Below are positions 8,267 to 17,390 of a stretch of DNA of 47,519 nt, one piece after another. The position numbers were made by a program, and so were the translations under genes. The notes under the pieces were generated by a model. The model made no database searches. It had not been told where the DNA came from and worked only from the letters and a program-made list of their open reading frames with translations. This stretch comes from Candidatus Tenderia sp. (GTDB lineage: Bacteria > Pseudomonadota > Gammaproteobacteria > Tenderiales > Tenderiaceae), in contig JANOSY010000058.1 of assembly GCA_031416075.1 (NCBI GenBank), positions 1-47,519 of the forward strand, read 5' to 3'. Every line of letters starts with the position of its first letter. Position 1 is the stretch's first letter.

Positions 8267-8899
8267 CTAAGCCACATACCCAGCCACCATGATGTAGTGG
8301 CTAATACTGCCCGCCAGCACAAACAGATGCCAGATGCCATGGGCGTGGCGCATCACTCCATCACGCAGATAAAAGAAGATGCCACCACTGTAGAACAACC
8401 CACCCACCACCAGCCAGACCATGCCCCCCGTCGGCAGCGCCTGAGACAACGGATAGATCGCCACCACAATCAACCACCCCATCAGCAGATAAATAACCAT
8501 CGGAATAAGACGGCGCGGATTACGCAAAAAGGCGTCGCTGATGATGCCGATCAGGGCCAGCCCCCAGATCACACCAAACAGTGACCACCCCCAACCGCCC
8601 TTGAGTGTCACCAGCGTTAACGGGGTATAGCTGCCGGCAATCAGCAGGTAGATGGCGCAGTGGTCGAGCTTCTGCAACAGCGGCTTACTCCGACCACGGA
8701 CGCTGTGATAGAGGGTGGAGGCGAGATAGAGCAGCAGCAGGGTAGCGCCATAAAGGGCAAAACTAACAATCTTTAACGGATCACCCTGCTGCACCGCACT
8801 CCAGACCAGCCAAGATAAACCGATGGCGGCAGCGACCGCCCCCAGCAGATGGGTAATGCTGTTCAAACGTTCGCCGTGATACATGGCCACCTCCAGCAT
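8267..8899 (-). CDS. Hemolysin III / PAQR family membrane protein
   Basis: ERLNSITH, STLYH, LDHCAIYLLIAGSYTP and HGIWHLFVLAGS motifs; start may be ATG at 8884. Confidence 0.92.
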   Translation of the reverse strand: MLEVAMYHGERLNSITHLLGAVAAAIGLSWLVWSAVQQGDPLKIVSFALYGATLLLLYLASTLYHSVRGRSKPLLQKLDHCAIYLLIAGSYTPLTLVTLKGGWGWSLFGVIWGLALIGIISDAFLRNPRRLIPMVIYLLMGWLIVVAIYPLSQALPTGGMVWLVVGGLFYSGGIFFYLRDGVMRHAHGIWHLFVLAGSISHYIMVAGYVA

Positions 8900-9006
8900 G
8901 ACTACCTGACTACTATATATAGAGCCACAACAAACGCCACCAGGAAAATCCCATGCCTCGGCCCGAGGCGGGCTATAATTACCCCATTTACGATTAGGGT
9001 ACCCCC

Positions 9007-9276
9007 ATGAAACTGCTTATCCGCAATCTTGCCCGTACGACCAGCCAGGCTGAACTCCGGCTCCTGTTTGAAGCCCATGGCGCGGTTCAATACTGTACGT
9101 TAGTCCTCGACCAGCAGACCGGCCAATCCAAAGGGTTTGGCTTTGTTGAGATGCCCAAGGCGGGTGATGCCAAGGCGGCCATCAAACAGCTTAACGGTGC
9201 CGAGATTGCGGGCAGTAAAATCCGCGTCAAACAGGCTGAAGAGGGTAGCGAGGACGGTCCAAAACGTGCCCACTAA
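9007..9276 (+). CDS. RRM-domain RNA-binding protein
   Basis: RNP1-like KGFGFVEM and N-terminal LLIRNL. Confidence 0.9.
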   Translation: MKLLIRNLARTTSQAELRLLFEAHGAVQYCTLVLDQQTGQSKGFGFVEMPKAGDAKAAIKQLNGAEIAGSKIRVKQAEEGSEDGPKRAH

Positions 9277-9499
9277 TCCCCCTGCACAAGATCCGCTACA
9301 TGGCATTACGCTGGAGACCATTGTCACCCGGCTGGTGGAAAAATATGGCTGGGAAGAGCTGAACCGGCGGTTTAACTTCAAATGTTTTGCCAGCGACCCC
9401 AGCATCAGTTCCAGCCTCAAGTTCCTGCGCAAGACCCCTTGGGCGCGCCAGAAGATCGAGGTGCTCTACCTGCGTAGCCAGTGGCCCGCAGAGAACTAA
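9266..9499 (+). CDS. VF530/DUF2132-family protein
   Basis: DPLHGITLE...YGWEEL...[18 protein letters not shown]; GTG start at 9266 inferred. Confidence 0.85.
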   Translation: MPTNPPAQDPLHGITLETIVTRLVEKYGWEELNRRFNFKCFASDPSISSSLKFLRKTPWARQKIEVLYLRSQWPAEN

Positions 9500-9553
9500 A
9501 CCACCACTAACCGTTCACAAGACCACCCACACTGCCGCACACTGGATATCACT

Positions 9554-10261
9554 ATGGATCTCAAACTCGCTGAATTTCTAGCCGCCGATGCACGCCCTGA
9601 GGGGACCATGAACTATGCCGAGCTGCACGGCTTTATATTTAGTGTCGCCTGCTCGCCAGAGCTGATCAAACCGTCAGAGTGGCTACCGCTGATATTTAAC
9701 AGCGCCACGCCAGACTACGCCTCCGTGACAGAGGCCGACAGCATCACCAGCGCCATCATCGCTATCTACAACGAGGCCAACCGCCAGGTACAGACGCAGG
9801 AGGTGACACTGCCCGAGTTCTGCACCCCCGCCCCTGACGCCATGGATAATTTTGCCGACGACGCCCCGCTCGCCCACTGGTCACGTGGATTTCTGCTTGG
9901 CCACGACTGGCTCTCAGACCTTTGGGACAGCTATATCCCCGATGAGCTGGACGAAGAGCTTGGCTCCTGCTTTATCGTGCTCTCCTTCTTTGCCGAACGT
10001 GAACTTGCCGAGGCCTACTGCAAAGAGGCGGGGGACGACGGCGTAACACTTGAGACCATGGCGGAATCGGTGGGCGACTCCATCGACGCAGCCGCTGACA
10101 GCTACGCCGATCTGGCACTGTCGATCCAGACTGCACTCGGCCCCCGTACCCCCTTTGTGCGCGAGAACAAAACCGGCCGCAACGCCCCCTGCCCCTGTGG
10201 GAGCGGCAAAAAATTCAAACAGTGCTGCATGAACAGAGACAGCGCTAACAGCCATCCATGA
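9554..10261 (+). CDS. YecA-family protein (UPF0149 + SEC-C motif)
   Basis: [13 protein letters not shown]...WSRGFLLG and C-terminal [18 protein letters not shown]. Confidence 0.87.
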   Translation: MDLKLAEFLAADARPEGTMNYAELHGFIFSVACSPELIKPSEWLPLIFNSATPDYASVTEADSITSAIIAIYNEANRQVQTQEVTLPEFCTPAPDAMDNFADDAPLAHWSRGFLLGHDWLSDLWDSYIPDELDEELGSCFIVLSFFAERELAEAYCKEAGDDGVTLETMAESVGDSIDAAADSYADLALSIQTALGPRTPFVRENKTGRNAPCPCGSGKKFKQCCMNRDSANSHP

Positions 10262-11121
10262 AAAACTGTACCACACCCCCCTGGTGTGGCGACTTTACCC
10301 AGCACTCGCCACTTTACGCCCCCCTGCAACCGTGGGCCAAGCAGTTCACAACCTATGCCGCCTGGCCAACCCTGGCGGATTACCAGAGACTGCTCAACCA
10401 ACTGCCACAGCCGATCCTGACTCTGGCTGGCGAGCCGCTTACAATTGTCCCCCAAGATGGCAAACCCGACAGTTTTGAAGAGCACTACGCCCCCCGCATC
10501 TACCTCAGTGGCGAGATCCAGACCCGCCGCGAAAACTGGCACGACTTCTTTCAGCTGCTCACCTGGTTCATCTTTCCACGCACCAAGGCGCTAATCAACG
10601 CCATTCACATCCCCAAGGCGCGGGCACGCATCGACGCCAACCACGATCTGGGACGACGCTCAGCGCTGGAGAATATGCTCTCACTCTTTGATGAAGGAGG
10701 GGCGGTAGTCATCTCATCCGACCCGTCGCTACTGCAACTGATTCGCGACTTTCGCTGGAAGGAGCTGTTCTGGCAGCGCCGCAATGAGCTTGCCAGCAGA
10801 CTGCAATGTGTCACCTTTGGCCATGCCCTGTATGAAAAGGGGTTAACACCCTACGTTGGCATGACCGCCAACTGCATCCTGATCCCGTGTGATGAATCAC
10901 TGCTGCAGCAACCGCTGCCAGCGCAGTTACGGTGGCTCGACGGCGAGCTGGCAGCACTGCTTGAGCGTGGCGAACTACAACAACCACGGGACTTGAGGCC
11001 CTTTCCGATCCTGGGGATGCCGGGCTGGGATGAGAATAACCGGCAGGAGAGTTACTACGATAACGTTAACTATTTCCGTCCGGGCCGTAGAACCGGCCCC
11101 GGACAGAAACTGGAATCATGA
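10258..11121 (+). CDS. DUF3025 domain protein
   Basis: YAPRI...[17 protein letters not shown]...N, LFDEGG, FGHAL.EK and PFPILG.PGW motifs. Confidence 0.85.
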   Translation: MKNCTTPPWCGDFTQHSPLYAPLQPWAKQFTTYAAWPTLADYQRLLNQLPQPILTLAGEPLTIVPQDGKPDSFEEHYAPRIYLSGEIQTRRENWHDFFQLLTWFIFPRTKALINAIHIPKARARIDANHDLGRRSALENMLSLFDEGGAVVISSDPSLLQLIRDFRWKELFWQRRNELASRLQCVTFGHALYEKGLTPYVGMTANCILIPCDESLLQQPLPAQLRWLDGELAALLERGELQQPRDLRPFPILGMPGWDENNRQESYYDNVNYFRPGRRTGPGQKLES

Positions 11122-11352
11122 TTCGGTGGATTCTTCCTTGTGGCCACGACGGTAGATGATGTAACCATCCAGAAACGCCGTCAGCGCCTCATCGGTACAC
11201 TCAATGTAGTTTTTATGTCCCTGTTTTCTGAACATACCAGAGAGCTGCGCCTTATTGATCTCTTGCCCCGCCAGACCAAAGATCGGGAACATGTCGTCAT
11301 CTCTGAGCGCCAGGGCAACGCGCAGTTTTTTCAGTATTTCGTTATTGGTCAT
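11116..11352 (-). CDS. DUF1456 (YehS-like) protein
   Basis: MTNNEILKKLRVALAL.DDDM...C.D..L..FLDG.I...RG; ATG 11352 inferred. Confidence 0.85.
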   Translation of the reverse strand: MTNNEILKKLRVALALRDDDMFPIFGLAGQEINKAQLSGMFRKQGHKNYIECTDEALTAFLDGYIIYRRGHKEESTES

Positions 11353-11472
11353 AGGGTCGTCCCAAGTAATCCAGTGTAATCCAGAATAATGTGAAGCAGG
11401 CTGGCGCCTGGCTGGGCGAATAATAACACGCTCTATACCAGCACCTCGCCGCCAGCGCTTAACAATCGGCAA

Positions 11473-11877
11473 TCAATGCTGCTTACAGACACCCGTTATC
11501 TGATCGATGTAACCACGCCAGCCATCCGCGATACCAGCGGCCAGGACCTCAGGTGGATTGGTCTTGAGCACATAGGCACGGGCGCCTGAGCGGATACACG
11601 CCTTCACCGTCTCGGCGCTGTTTTCTGAAGTGAGCATAATGACGCAGGCCTTGGGGTTGATGATTCTGACCTGCTGCAAGGCCTCAATGCCACTCATCTT
11701 TGGCATGTTGATGTCGAGCAGCACCAGGTGCGGGCGACATTTGGTATAGAGGTTCAGCGCCTCCTGACCATCACCCGCCTCACCAATCACCTCAGCCCCA
11801 ATCCCTGGCAATATTACCTTGAGCACCTGACGCATAGACTCGTCATCATCGGCAATCAAGGTGCTAATTTTCCACAT
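11473..11877 (-). CDS. Single-domain response regulator (receiver)
   Basis: IADDD, LLDINMPKMSG, MLTS and GA..Y..K motifs. Confidence 0.88.
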   Translation of the reverse strand: MWKISTLIADDDESMRQVLKVILPGIGAEVIGEAGDGQEALNLYTKCRPHLVLLDINMPKMSGIEALQQVRIINPKACVIMLTSENSAETVKACIRSGARAYVLKTNPPEVLAAGIADGWRGYIDQITGVCKQH

Positions 11878-11963
11878 GACAACCTCGCGAATAAGAATGG
11901 ATATCCTGTTGTAACGACTATAGCGGACGGTTATTCGCTGCCTTTATCGACGGTCACCGCCCC

Positions 11964-12227
11964 TCAGTGCAGCTGCTGTGAACGATTGGTATCGCGTAAG
12001 GGATCAAACAGATACTCCAGACCATTGATCTTGATCTCATGCACGATGGCCAGCATCTGCCCCAGCTCGCCCGCAGGAAACCCCTTGCCCGCAAACCAGA
12101 CCACATAAGGCTCAGGCAGATCAATCAACAGCCAGTTGGCATATTTGCCAAACGGCATACGATAACGGGCCAGCCTGAGCAGCAGCTTAGGGTCGCCGTA
12201 GGGGTTGGACAGATCGGGTGAACTCAT
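11964..12227 (-). CDS. DUF3820 family protein
   Basis: MPFGKY...LIDLPEPY.VWF..KGFP.GELG...EIK.NGLE; ATG 12227 inferred. Confidence 0.85.
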   Translation of the reverse strand: MSSPDLSNPYGDPKLLLRLARYRMPFGKYANWLLIDLPEPYVVWFAGKGFPAGELGQMLAIVHEIKINGLEYLFDPLRDTNRSQQLH

Positions 12228-12333
12228 GAAACTACTCCAGTAATTAGCTATAAGGGTGATTGGTGACAAGAGTAGTTCTCTTTCCAGAGAGTTGCCATTA
12301 AGGTATAGCAACCATCATCCTACGGGCACCACC

Positions 12334-12927
12334 ATGAACAAACCCTACGCTGACTCATGTGACCAGAATCGCGACCCCATTTTCGCCGTAATCCAGCCAC
12401 TGCTGCAACAGCGCCAAAACGTGCTGGAGATCGGCAGCGGCACTGGCCAACACGCCATCTACTTTGGCGCACAGATGCCACATCTGCGCTGGCAGACCAG
12501 CGACCGCCAGGAGTACCACTCCGGCATACAGGCATGGCTGGAGGATGCTGCCCTGGCCAACGTGCTGCCACCCATTGAGCTGGACGTGCAGCGGTCGGCC
12601 TGGCCAACATTAACAGTCGATGCGATCTTCTCCGCCAATACCAGCCACATAATGCACTGGTCCGATGTGGAGGCGCTGTTTGCCGGGGCTGGCAAACTAC
12701 TCGCCAGTGGCGGGCTTTTGCTGCTCTATGGTCCTTTCAGTAACGCGGGGCAGCACAACAGCGACAGCAACCTTCGCTTTGACCAGTTTCTACGCGCCCG
12801 CGATCCACTGAGTGGAATACGTGATGTTGATGATCTGAACAGACTCGCCACTCAGGCCGGTCTGAGGTTTTGCCACAACTACGAAATGCCCGTCAACAAC
12901 CGCATCCTCCATTGGCAAAAAACGTAA
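12334..12927 (+). CDS. DUF938 class I SAM-dependent methyltransferase
   Basis: VLEIGSGTGQH, WQTSD, YGPF, SN..FD..L and MP.NN motifs; ATG 12334 inferred. Confidence 0.88.
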   Translation: MNKPYADSCDQNRDPIFAVIQPLLQQRQNVLEIGSGTGQHAIYFGAQMPHLRWQTSDRQEYHSGIQAWLEDAALANVLPPIELDVQRSAWPTLTVDAIFSANTSHIMHWSDVEALFAGAGKLLASGGLLLLYGPFSNAGQHNSDSNLRFDQFLRARDPLSGIRDVDDLNRLATQAGLRFCHNYEMPVNNRILHWQKT

Positions 12928-12932
12928 CCGGC

Positions 12933-12995
12933 GCTCGACGTGAAGCTAAGGGACCGCACATTTTTGTGCTGTCCCGCATGCGTGCTGGGTTAAAA
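12933..12995 (-). mobile_element. Degenerate orphan attC site
   Basis: Same 63-bp length as attC 136-198 and aligns to it without gaps (34/63 identical by hand count). The osmC stop lies in the TTTTAAC end; the core reads GTCGAGC instead of GTTRRRY. Confidence 0.6.
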
Positions 12996-13454
12996 CACCG
13001 GCTCGCAACGCACCTCGGTTTTTACAGAGTTGGCAATAAAACAGTGCTCATGGGCGTCGTGATGCATTTGACTGACCTGCCCCCGCGTGGGTAAACACCC
13101 CCCTGAAAAGTGCACCTCCGGCCGGAGCGTGACGATGGTCATCGCCATTTTCCCTGCCGCATCTTTCCCCATAACACCAACCGCAGCATCAAAGTAGCGA
13201 TCAACACAAAATTGCCGTTGAGCTGCGATGGCAAGTAACCACAGCATGTGACAGCTTGAGAGGGAGGCAACAAATGCCTCCTCCGGATCCACTGCGGATG
13301 CATCAGACATAGGCAGGGCAACAACAGAAGGGGATGAGGAGCACGGCACCTCCAAACCCCCGTCAAAACGAAGCAGATGTTTTCTACTATAACGATTGTC
13401 GAGAAAGTTCTGCCCCTCCCTTAACCAAAGTACCTCTGCGGTGTAGTGGGCCAT
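12990..13454 (-). CDS. OsmC/Ohr-family protein
   Basis: YSR.H...FDGG, DPEEAFVASLSSCHMLW.L and AH..CFIANSV motifs. Confidence 0.9.
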   Translation of the reverse strand: MAHYTAEVLWLREGQNFLDNRYSRKHLLRFDGGLEVPCSSSPSVVALPMSDASAVDPEEAFVASLSSCHMLWLLAIAAQRQFCVDRYFDAAVGVMGKDAAGKMAMTIVTLRPEVHFSGGCLPTRGQVSQMHHDAHEHCFIANSVKTEVRCEPVF

Positions 13455-13463
13455 GTTGATTCT

Positions 13464-15995
13464 CTAATCACTCACCTGATTCCGCTGCGGTGCCACCGGC
13501 TTGAGCTTCCAGATATCGGCGTTGTACTCCAGCATGGTGCGATCGGTAGAGAACTTGCCACTGCTGGCACTATTCAGAATACTCATCCGCACCCAGCGCT
13601 CCTGATCCCGATAGGCCTCGGCGGCGCGCTGCTGGGCATCAACATAGCTGCGAAAATCGGCGGCGGTCAGCCATGGGTCAGTGGAGCTGGTGATAGCGCT
13701 GACAATCTCATCAAACAGCCCCGGCTCAAACTGGTTAAAGTGGCCACACTCCAGCAGCCGCATCACCCGCTTAAGATCGACATCGCCATTGATGATACTG
13801 ACAGGGTCGTACTGTTGGCGCTGCGCCTCAACCTCTGCCGCCGTCAGGCCAAAGAGGAAGAAGTTATCCTCCCCCACCTCTTCCCGGATCTCAATATTGG
13901 CACCGTCCAGGGTACCGATTGTCAGCGCACCATTCATCATGAACTTCATATTACCGGTGCCCGAGGCCTCCTTACCCGCGGTCGAGATCTGCTCGGAAAG
14001 ATCAGTACCCGGGCAGATAATCTCCATCGCTGTGACACGGTAGTTGGGCAGGTAGGCAACCTTGAGTTTGTCCCCCACATCCGTATCGTGGTTGACCATA
14101 AAGGCGACGTTACTGACCAGCTTGATAATACGTTTGGCCATGGCGTAACCAGGGGCGGCCTTGCCACCAATCAATACACAGCGGGGGGTCCAGCTGTCGA
14201 TATCACCCCGTTTAATCCGGTCGTACAGATGGATCACATGCAACACATTAAGCAGCTGACGCTTGTACTCATGAATGCGTTTGACCTGCACATCAAACAT
14301 GGCGAGCGGATTAAACGTCACACCACAATCGGCCAGCACCAGGTCCGCCAGCCGCTGTTTGTTGCCCTGTTTGACGTCGCGCCAGCGCTGACGAAACGGC
14401 GCTTTTTCCGCATGGAGGGCCAGTTTGGCCAGCTGCTGCAGATCGGTCACCCAGCCATCACCAATCGTCTTGCTGATCAACTGGCTCATGGCCGGATTGC
14501 ACCACACCATCCAGCGGCGCTGGGTGACGCCGTTGGTCTTGTTGTTAAACCGCTCGGGCCATAACACATAAAAATCATTAAACAGCCCCGCCTGCAGCAG
14601 CTGTGAATGCAGCTCCGCCACACCATTAATGGAGTAACTGCCAACAATCGCCAGATAAGCCATGCGAATCTGCGGTTCATGTCCCTCTTCAATGATCGAC
14701 ATCCGTCGCATACGCTCGGTATCACCGGGCCAGCGCTGTGCCACCTGCCCCAGAAAGCGGGCATTGATCTCATAGATAATCTCCAGCAGCCGTGGCAGCA
14801 GTGTTGCAAACATTCGCACCGGCCAGCGCTCCAGCGCCTCCGGCAACAGCGTATGGTTGGTATAGGCCATGGTCGAGGAGACGATCTTCCACGCCTCATC
14901 CCAACTCATGTTTTGCGAATCGATCAGCAGCCGCATCAATTCGGCAATCGCAATGGTGGGGTGGGTATCGTTGAGTTGAAAACAGTTTTTCTCTGCAAAT
15001 GCCGTGAAGTCACGGCCATGGTCACGAGTCCAGCGCCGCACCACATCCTTCAGGCTGGCGGAGGCGAGGAAGTACTGCTGCCGCAACCGCAGCTCCTTGC
15101 CGTTCTCGCTGGCGTCATTGGGATAGAGCACCATGGTGATCTTCTCGGCCTCGTTTTTGGCCGCCACCGCTTCGGTATACCCCCCGGCATTGAACTCATC
15201 CAGATCAAACTCATCGGTCGCCGCCGCACTCCAGAGCCGCAAGGTATTCACAGTGCCATTTTGATAGCCGGGCACCGGCACATCATAAGGGACCGCCAAT
15301 ACATCGTTGGTCTCTACCCAACGTTTACGCAGCTCACCCTTTTCATCACGGTAAAAATCGGTGCGGCCACCAAAATGGATGCGCTGGGTAAACTCCGGGC
15401 GCTCCAGCTCCCATGGGTTGCCATTCCGTAACCAGTGGTCCGGCTCCTCTACCTGAAATCCCTTCTCAATCTTCTGTCTGAACATGCCATATTCATAGCG
15501 GATACCGTACCCCACCACCGGCAGTTGCAGCGTGGCACAGCTATCCAGGAAACAGGCCGCCAGACGCCCCAAGCCGCCATTACCGAGACCCGCATCGGTC
15601 TCCGCCTCGGAGATCTCCTCCAGCTCCAGACCAAAACGCATCAACGCCGCTGTGGACTCTTCATGCACACCCAGGTTGAGCATGGCATTACCCAGCGCCC
15701 GCCCCATCAAAAATTCCAGCGACATGTAGTGGGCACGTCGGCAATCGTGATCCTGATAAGCGTAACGGGTATTTTTCCAGCGCTCCATCAAACGGTCACG
15801 CAGTGTCAGCGCCAGGGCGCTGTAAGGGTAGTGGGTTGACATGCAGTGTTTGTCACGCCCCAGGGTATGGCCAAAATAACCACGAAAATCATCCGCAATA
15901 CTCTCCCTGTCCATGCCCAATGGCGGCAGTTCGGTCAAGTCACGAGTTGGCTGGCTCTTACGCAATGGTTCAAAGATCATAGGGTTACCTTCCAC
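13464..15995 (-). CDS. glgP: Glycogen/alpha-glucan phosphorylase
   Basis: GLGNGGLGRLAACF, QLNDTHP, KRIHEYKRQ and EASGTGNMKF (PLP lysine); start may be ATG at 15980. Confidence 0.97.
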   Translation of the reverse strand: MEGNPMIFEPLRKSQPTRDLTELPPLGMDRESIADDFRGYFGHTLGRDKHCMSTHYPYSALALTLRDRLMERWKNTRYAYQDHDCRRAHYMSLEFLMGRALGNAMLNLGVHEESTAALMRFGLELEEISEAETDAGLGNGGLGRLAACFLDSCATLQLPVVGYGIRYEYGMFRQKIEKGFQVEEPDHWLRNGNPWELERPEFTQRIHFGGRTDFYRDEKGELRKRWVETNDVLAVPYDVPVPGYQNGTVNTLRLWSAAATDEFDLDEFNAGGYTEAVAAKNEAEKITMVLYPNDASENGKELRLRQQYFLASASLKDVVRRWTRDHGRDFTAFAEKNCFQLNDTHPTIAIAELMRLLIDSQNMSWDEAWKIVSSTMAYTNHTLLPEALERWPVRMFATLLPRLLEIIYEINARFLGQVAQRWPGDTERMRRMSIIEEGHEPQIRMAYLAIVGSYSINGVAELHSQLLQAGLFNDFYVLWPERFNNKTNGVTQRRWMVWCNPAMSQLISKTIGDGWVTDLQQLAKLALHAEKAPFRQRWRDVKQGNKQRLADLVLADCGVTFNPLAMFDVQVKRIHEYKRQLLNVLHVIHLYDRIKRGDIDSWTPRCVLIGGKAAPGYAMAKRIIKLVSNVAFMVNHDTDVGDKLKVAYLPNYRVTAMEIICPGTDLSEQISTAGKEASGTGNMKFMMNGALTIGTLDGANIEIREEVGEDNFFLFGLTAAEVEAQRQQYDPVSIINGDVDLKRVMRLLECGHFNQFEPGLFDEIVSAITSSTDPWLTAADFRSYVDAQQRAAEAYRDQERWVRMSILNSASSGKFSTDRTMLEYNADIWKLKPVAPQRNQVSD

Positions 15996-16106
15996 TCTGA
16001 TGAGAAAAAAAGAGTATACCCCAGCCTCACCGCAAAGGTGGTGTTAGCCGTAACCAGACAGCAGGAGTATAGTGCGCTGCTTAATCCACACGCAGGAACA
16101 GCCGCC

Positions 16107-16673
16107 ATGCCAGCACCACAGCCCACCTTCCTCTCCGACGACGAACTGACAGAACTGGACACCCTACTACTGAGTGATGATGACGATCGACTCCCCATCG
16201 ATGAGGCCCACGGTTTCATCACCGCACAGCTCATCTCCCGCTCACCCAGCAGTGATACAGACATCATTGACGAGATCTGCGGTGATGCCACCTTTGCAAG
16301 CAGCGATGACCTCAAGCGTGTTACCCAGCTGCTGCTACAGATGCGTGATGAGATTGCCACATCACTCCAGGCCAACGAACCATTTGAACCGCTGGTGATT
16401 GAAGAGGAGGAGGATGGCGAGATATTCGAGGATTACGAGGGGTGGTGTTTTGGCTTCATGCTCGGTGTCACCCACCAGAGCGCCCAATGGGACAACATCA
16501 GCAAAGCACAGGAAGAGCTACTCACCCCCATCGCCCAACTGGCACTGCTGCATACCCAGGAGGAAGAGGAAGGGGAAGAGGAAGAGGGGATGGATGAAGA
16601 GGAGTACGCACTCTGTGTCGAGCTGCTACCTGGCGCTGTCAACTCACTCTACTCCAACTGGGAAAACCAATAA
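16107..16673 (+). CDS. UPF0149/YecA-family protein with acidic insert, no SEC-C
   Basis: LSDDEL.ELD..L...IDEAHGFITA...WCFGFMLG; EEEEGEEEEG tract; ATG 16107 after AGGA. Confidence 0.8.
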   Translation: MPAPQPTFLSDDELTELDTLLLSDDDDRLPIDEAHGFITAQLISRSPSSDTDIIDEICGDATFASSDDLKRVTQLLLQMRDEIATSLQANEPFEPLVIEEEEDGEIFEDYEGWCFGFMLGVTHQSAQWDNISKAQEELLTPIAQLALLHTQEEEEGEEEEGMDEEEYALCVELLPGAVNSLYSNWENQ

Positions 16674-16890
16674 CACACCCCACCAACCGCCCTCCACCAC
16701 TGTGGGGGCGGAAGCCTTCGCGCCTCCCTCCTGTTTACCACCATGGAACCTTTTTCCTCGCCGTAACGTTCTTTATACAGAGGAGAGGTAATCGTACCCC
16801 CCCAATATCAATTCAGCCCATGTTCATTTAAAGAGGCAGAGACTGTCAGTCAGGGTGAACAGCACCACAGATGAAACAAGGAGACAAATC

Positions 16891-17292
16891 ATGAAAAAAC
16901 AACTCATTGCAGCATTTATACTATCCGCCGCCGTGGCAATGCCCAGTTTTGCCAGCAGCGAAAGACATGATGCCATCATTGGAGCCGTGCTGGGTGGTGC
17001 CGTTGGTGCCGCCATCGGCGACTCAGCCGGCGGACGCGACGGTGCCGTGCTTGGCAGTGCCATCGGCGCAGCAACCGGCACAGCCATCGCCACACGCAAC
17101 CACCGCACAGTACAAGTGGTACAGCAGCACCCAACGGTGGTTCAACATCAGCATGTCTACTATCGCGAAGAGCCACGCTACTACAACTACTATTCTGAGG
17201 TGGATGACGACGATGGCCACAGCCATAGAAAGCACAAAAAGCATCACAACTATAAAAAGCACCAGCGTCGTCATCACCACGATGACCATTGA
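16891..17292 (+). CDS. Secreted glycine-zipper protein with His-rich tail
   Basis: Signal peptide, GAVLGGAVGAAIG...GAVLGSAIGAATG zipper, His/Lys-rich C-terminus; AGGAG RBS. Confidence 0.82.
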   Translation: MKKQLIAAFILSAAVAMPSFASSERHDAIIGAVLGGAVGAAIGDSAGGRDGAVLGSAIGAATGTAIATRNHRTVQVVQQHPTVVQHQHVYYREEPRYYNYYSEVDDDDGHSHRKHKKHHNYKKHQRRHHHDDH

Positions 17293-17349
17293 TTAAAGCA
17301 CCACCCGGTATACAAACCATGGCAAAAAATAATGCTGTTGTTTGAACCA

Positions 17350-17377
17350 AAAAAAGGGCACCTAGGTGCCCTTTTTT
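17350..17377. terminator. Bidirectional intrinsic terminator
   Basis: AAAAAAGGGCACCTAGGTGCCCTTTTTT perfect palindrome between convergent genes. Confidence 0.85.
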
Positions 17378-17390
17378 CATCTGTTGTTAA

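Noticed and set aside
16700-16730. GTGGGGGCGGAAGCCTTCGCGCCTCC, a REP-like hairpin
   Set aside because: Weak, single copy in the window; cannot be told apart from a terminator-like stem.
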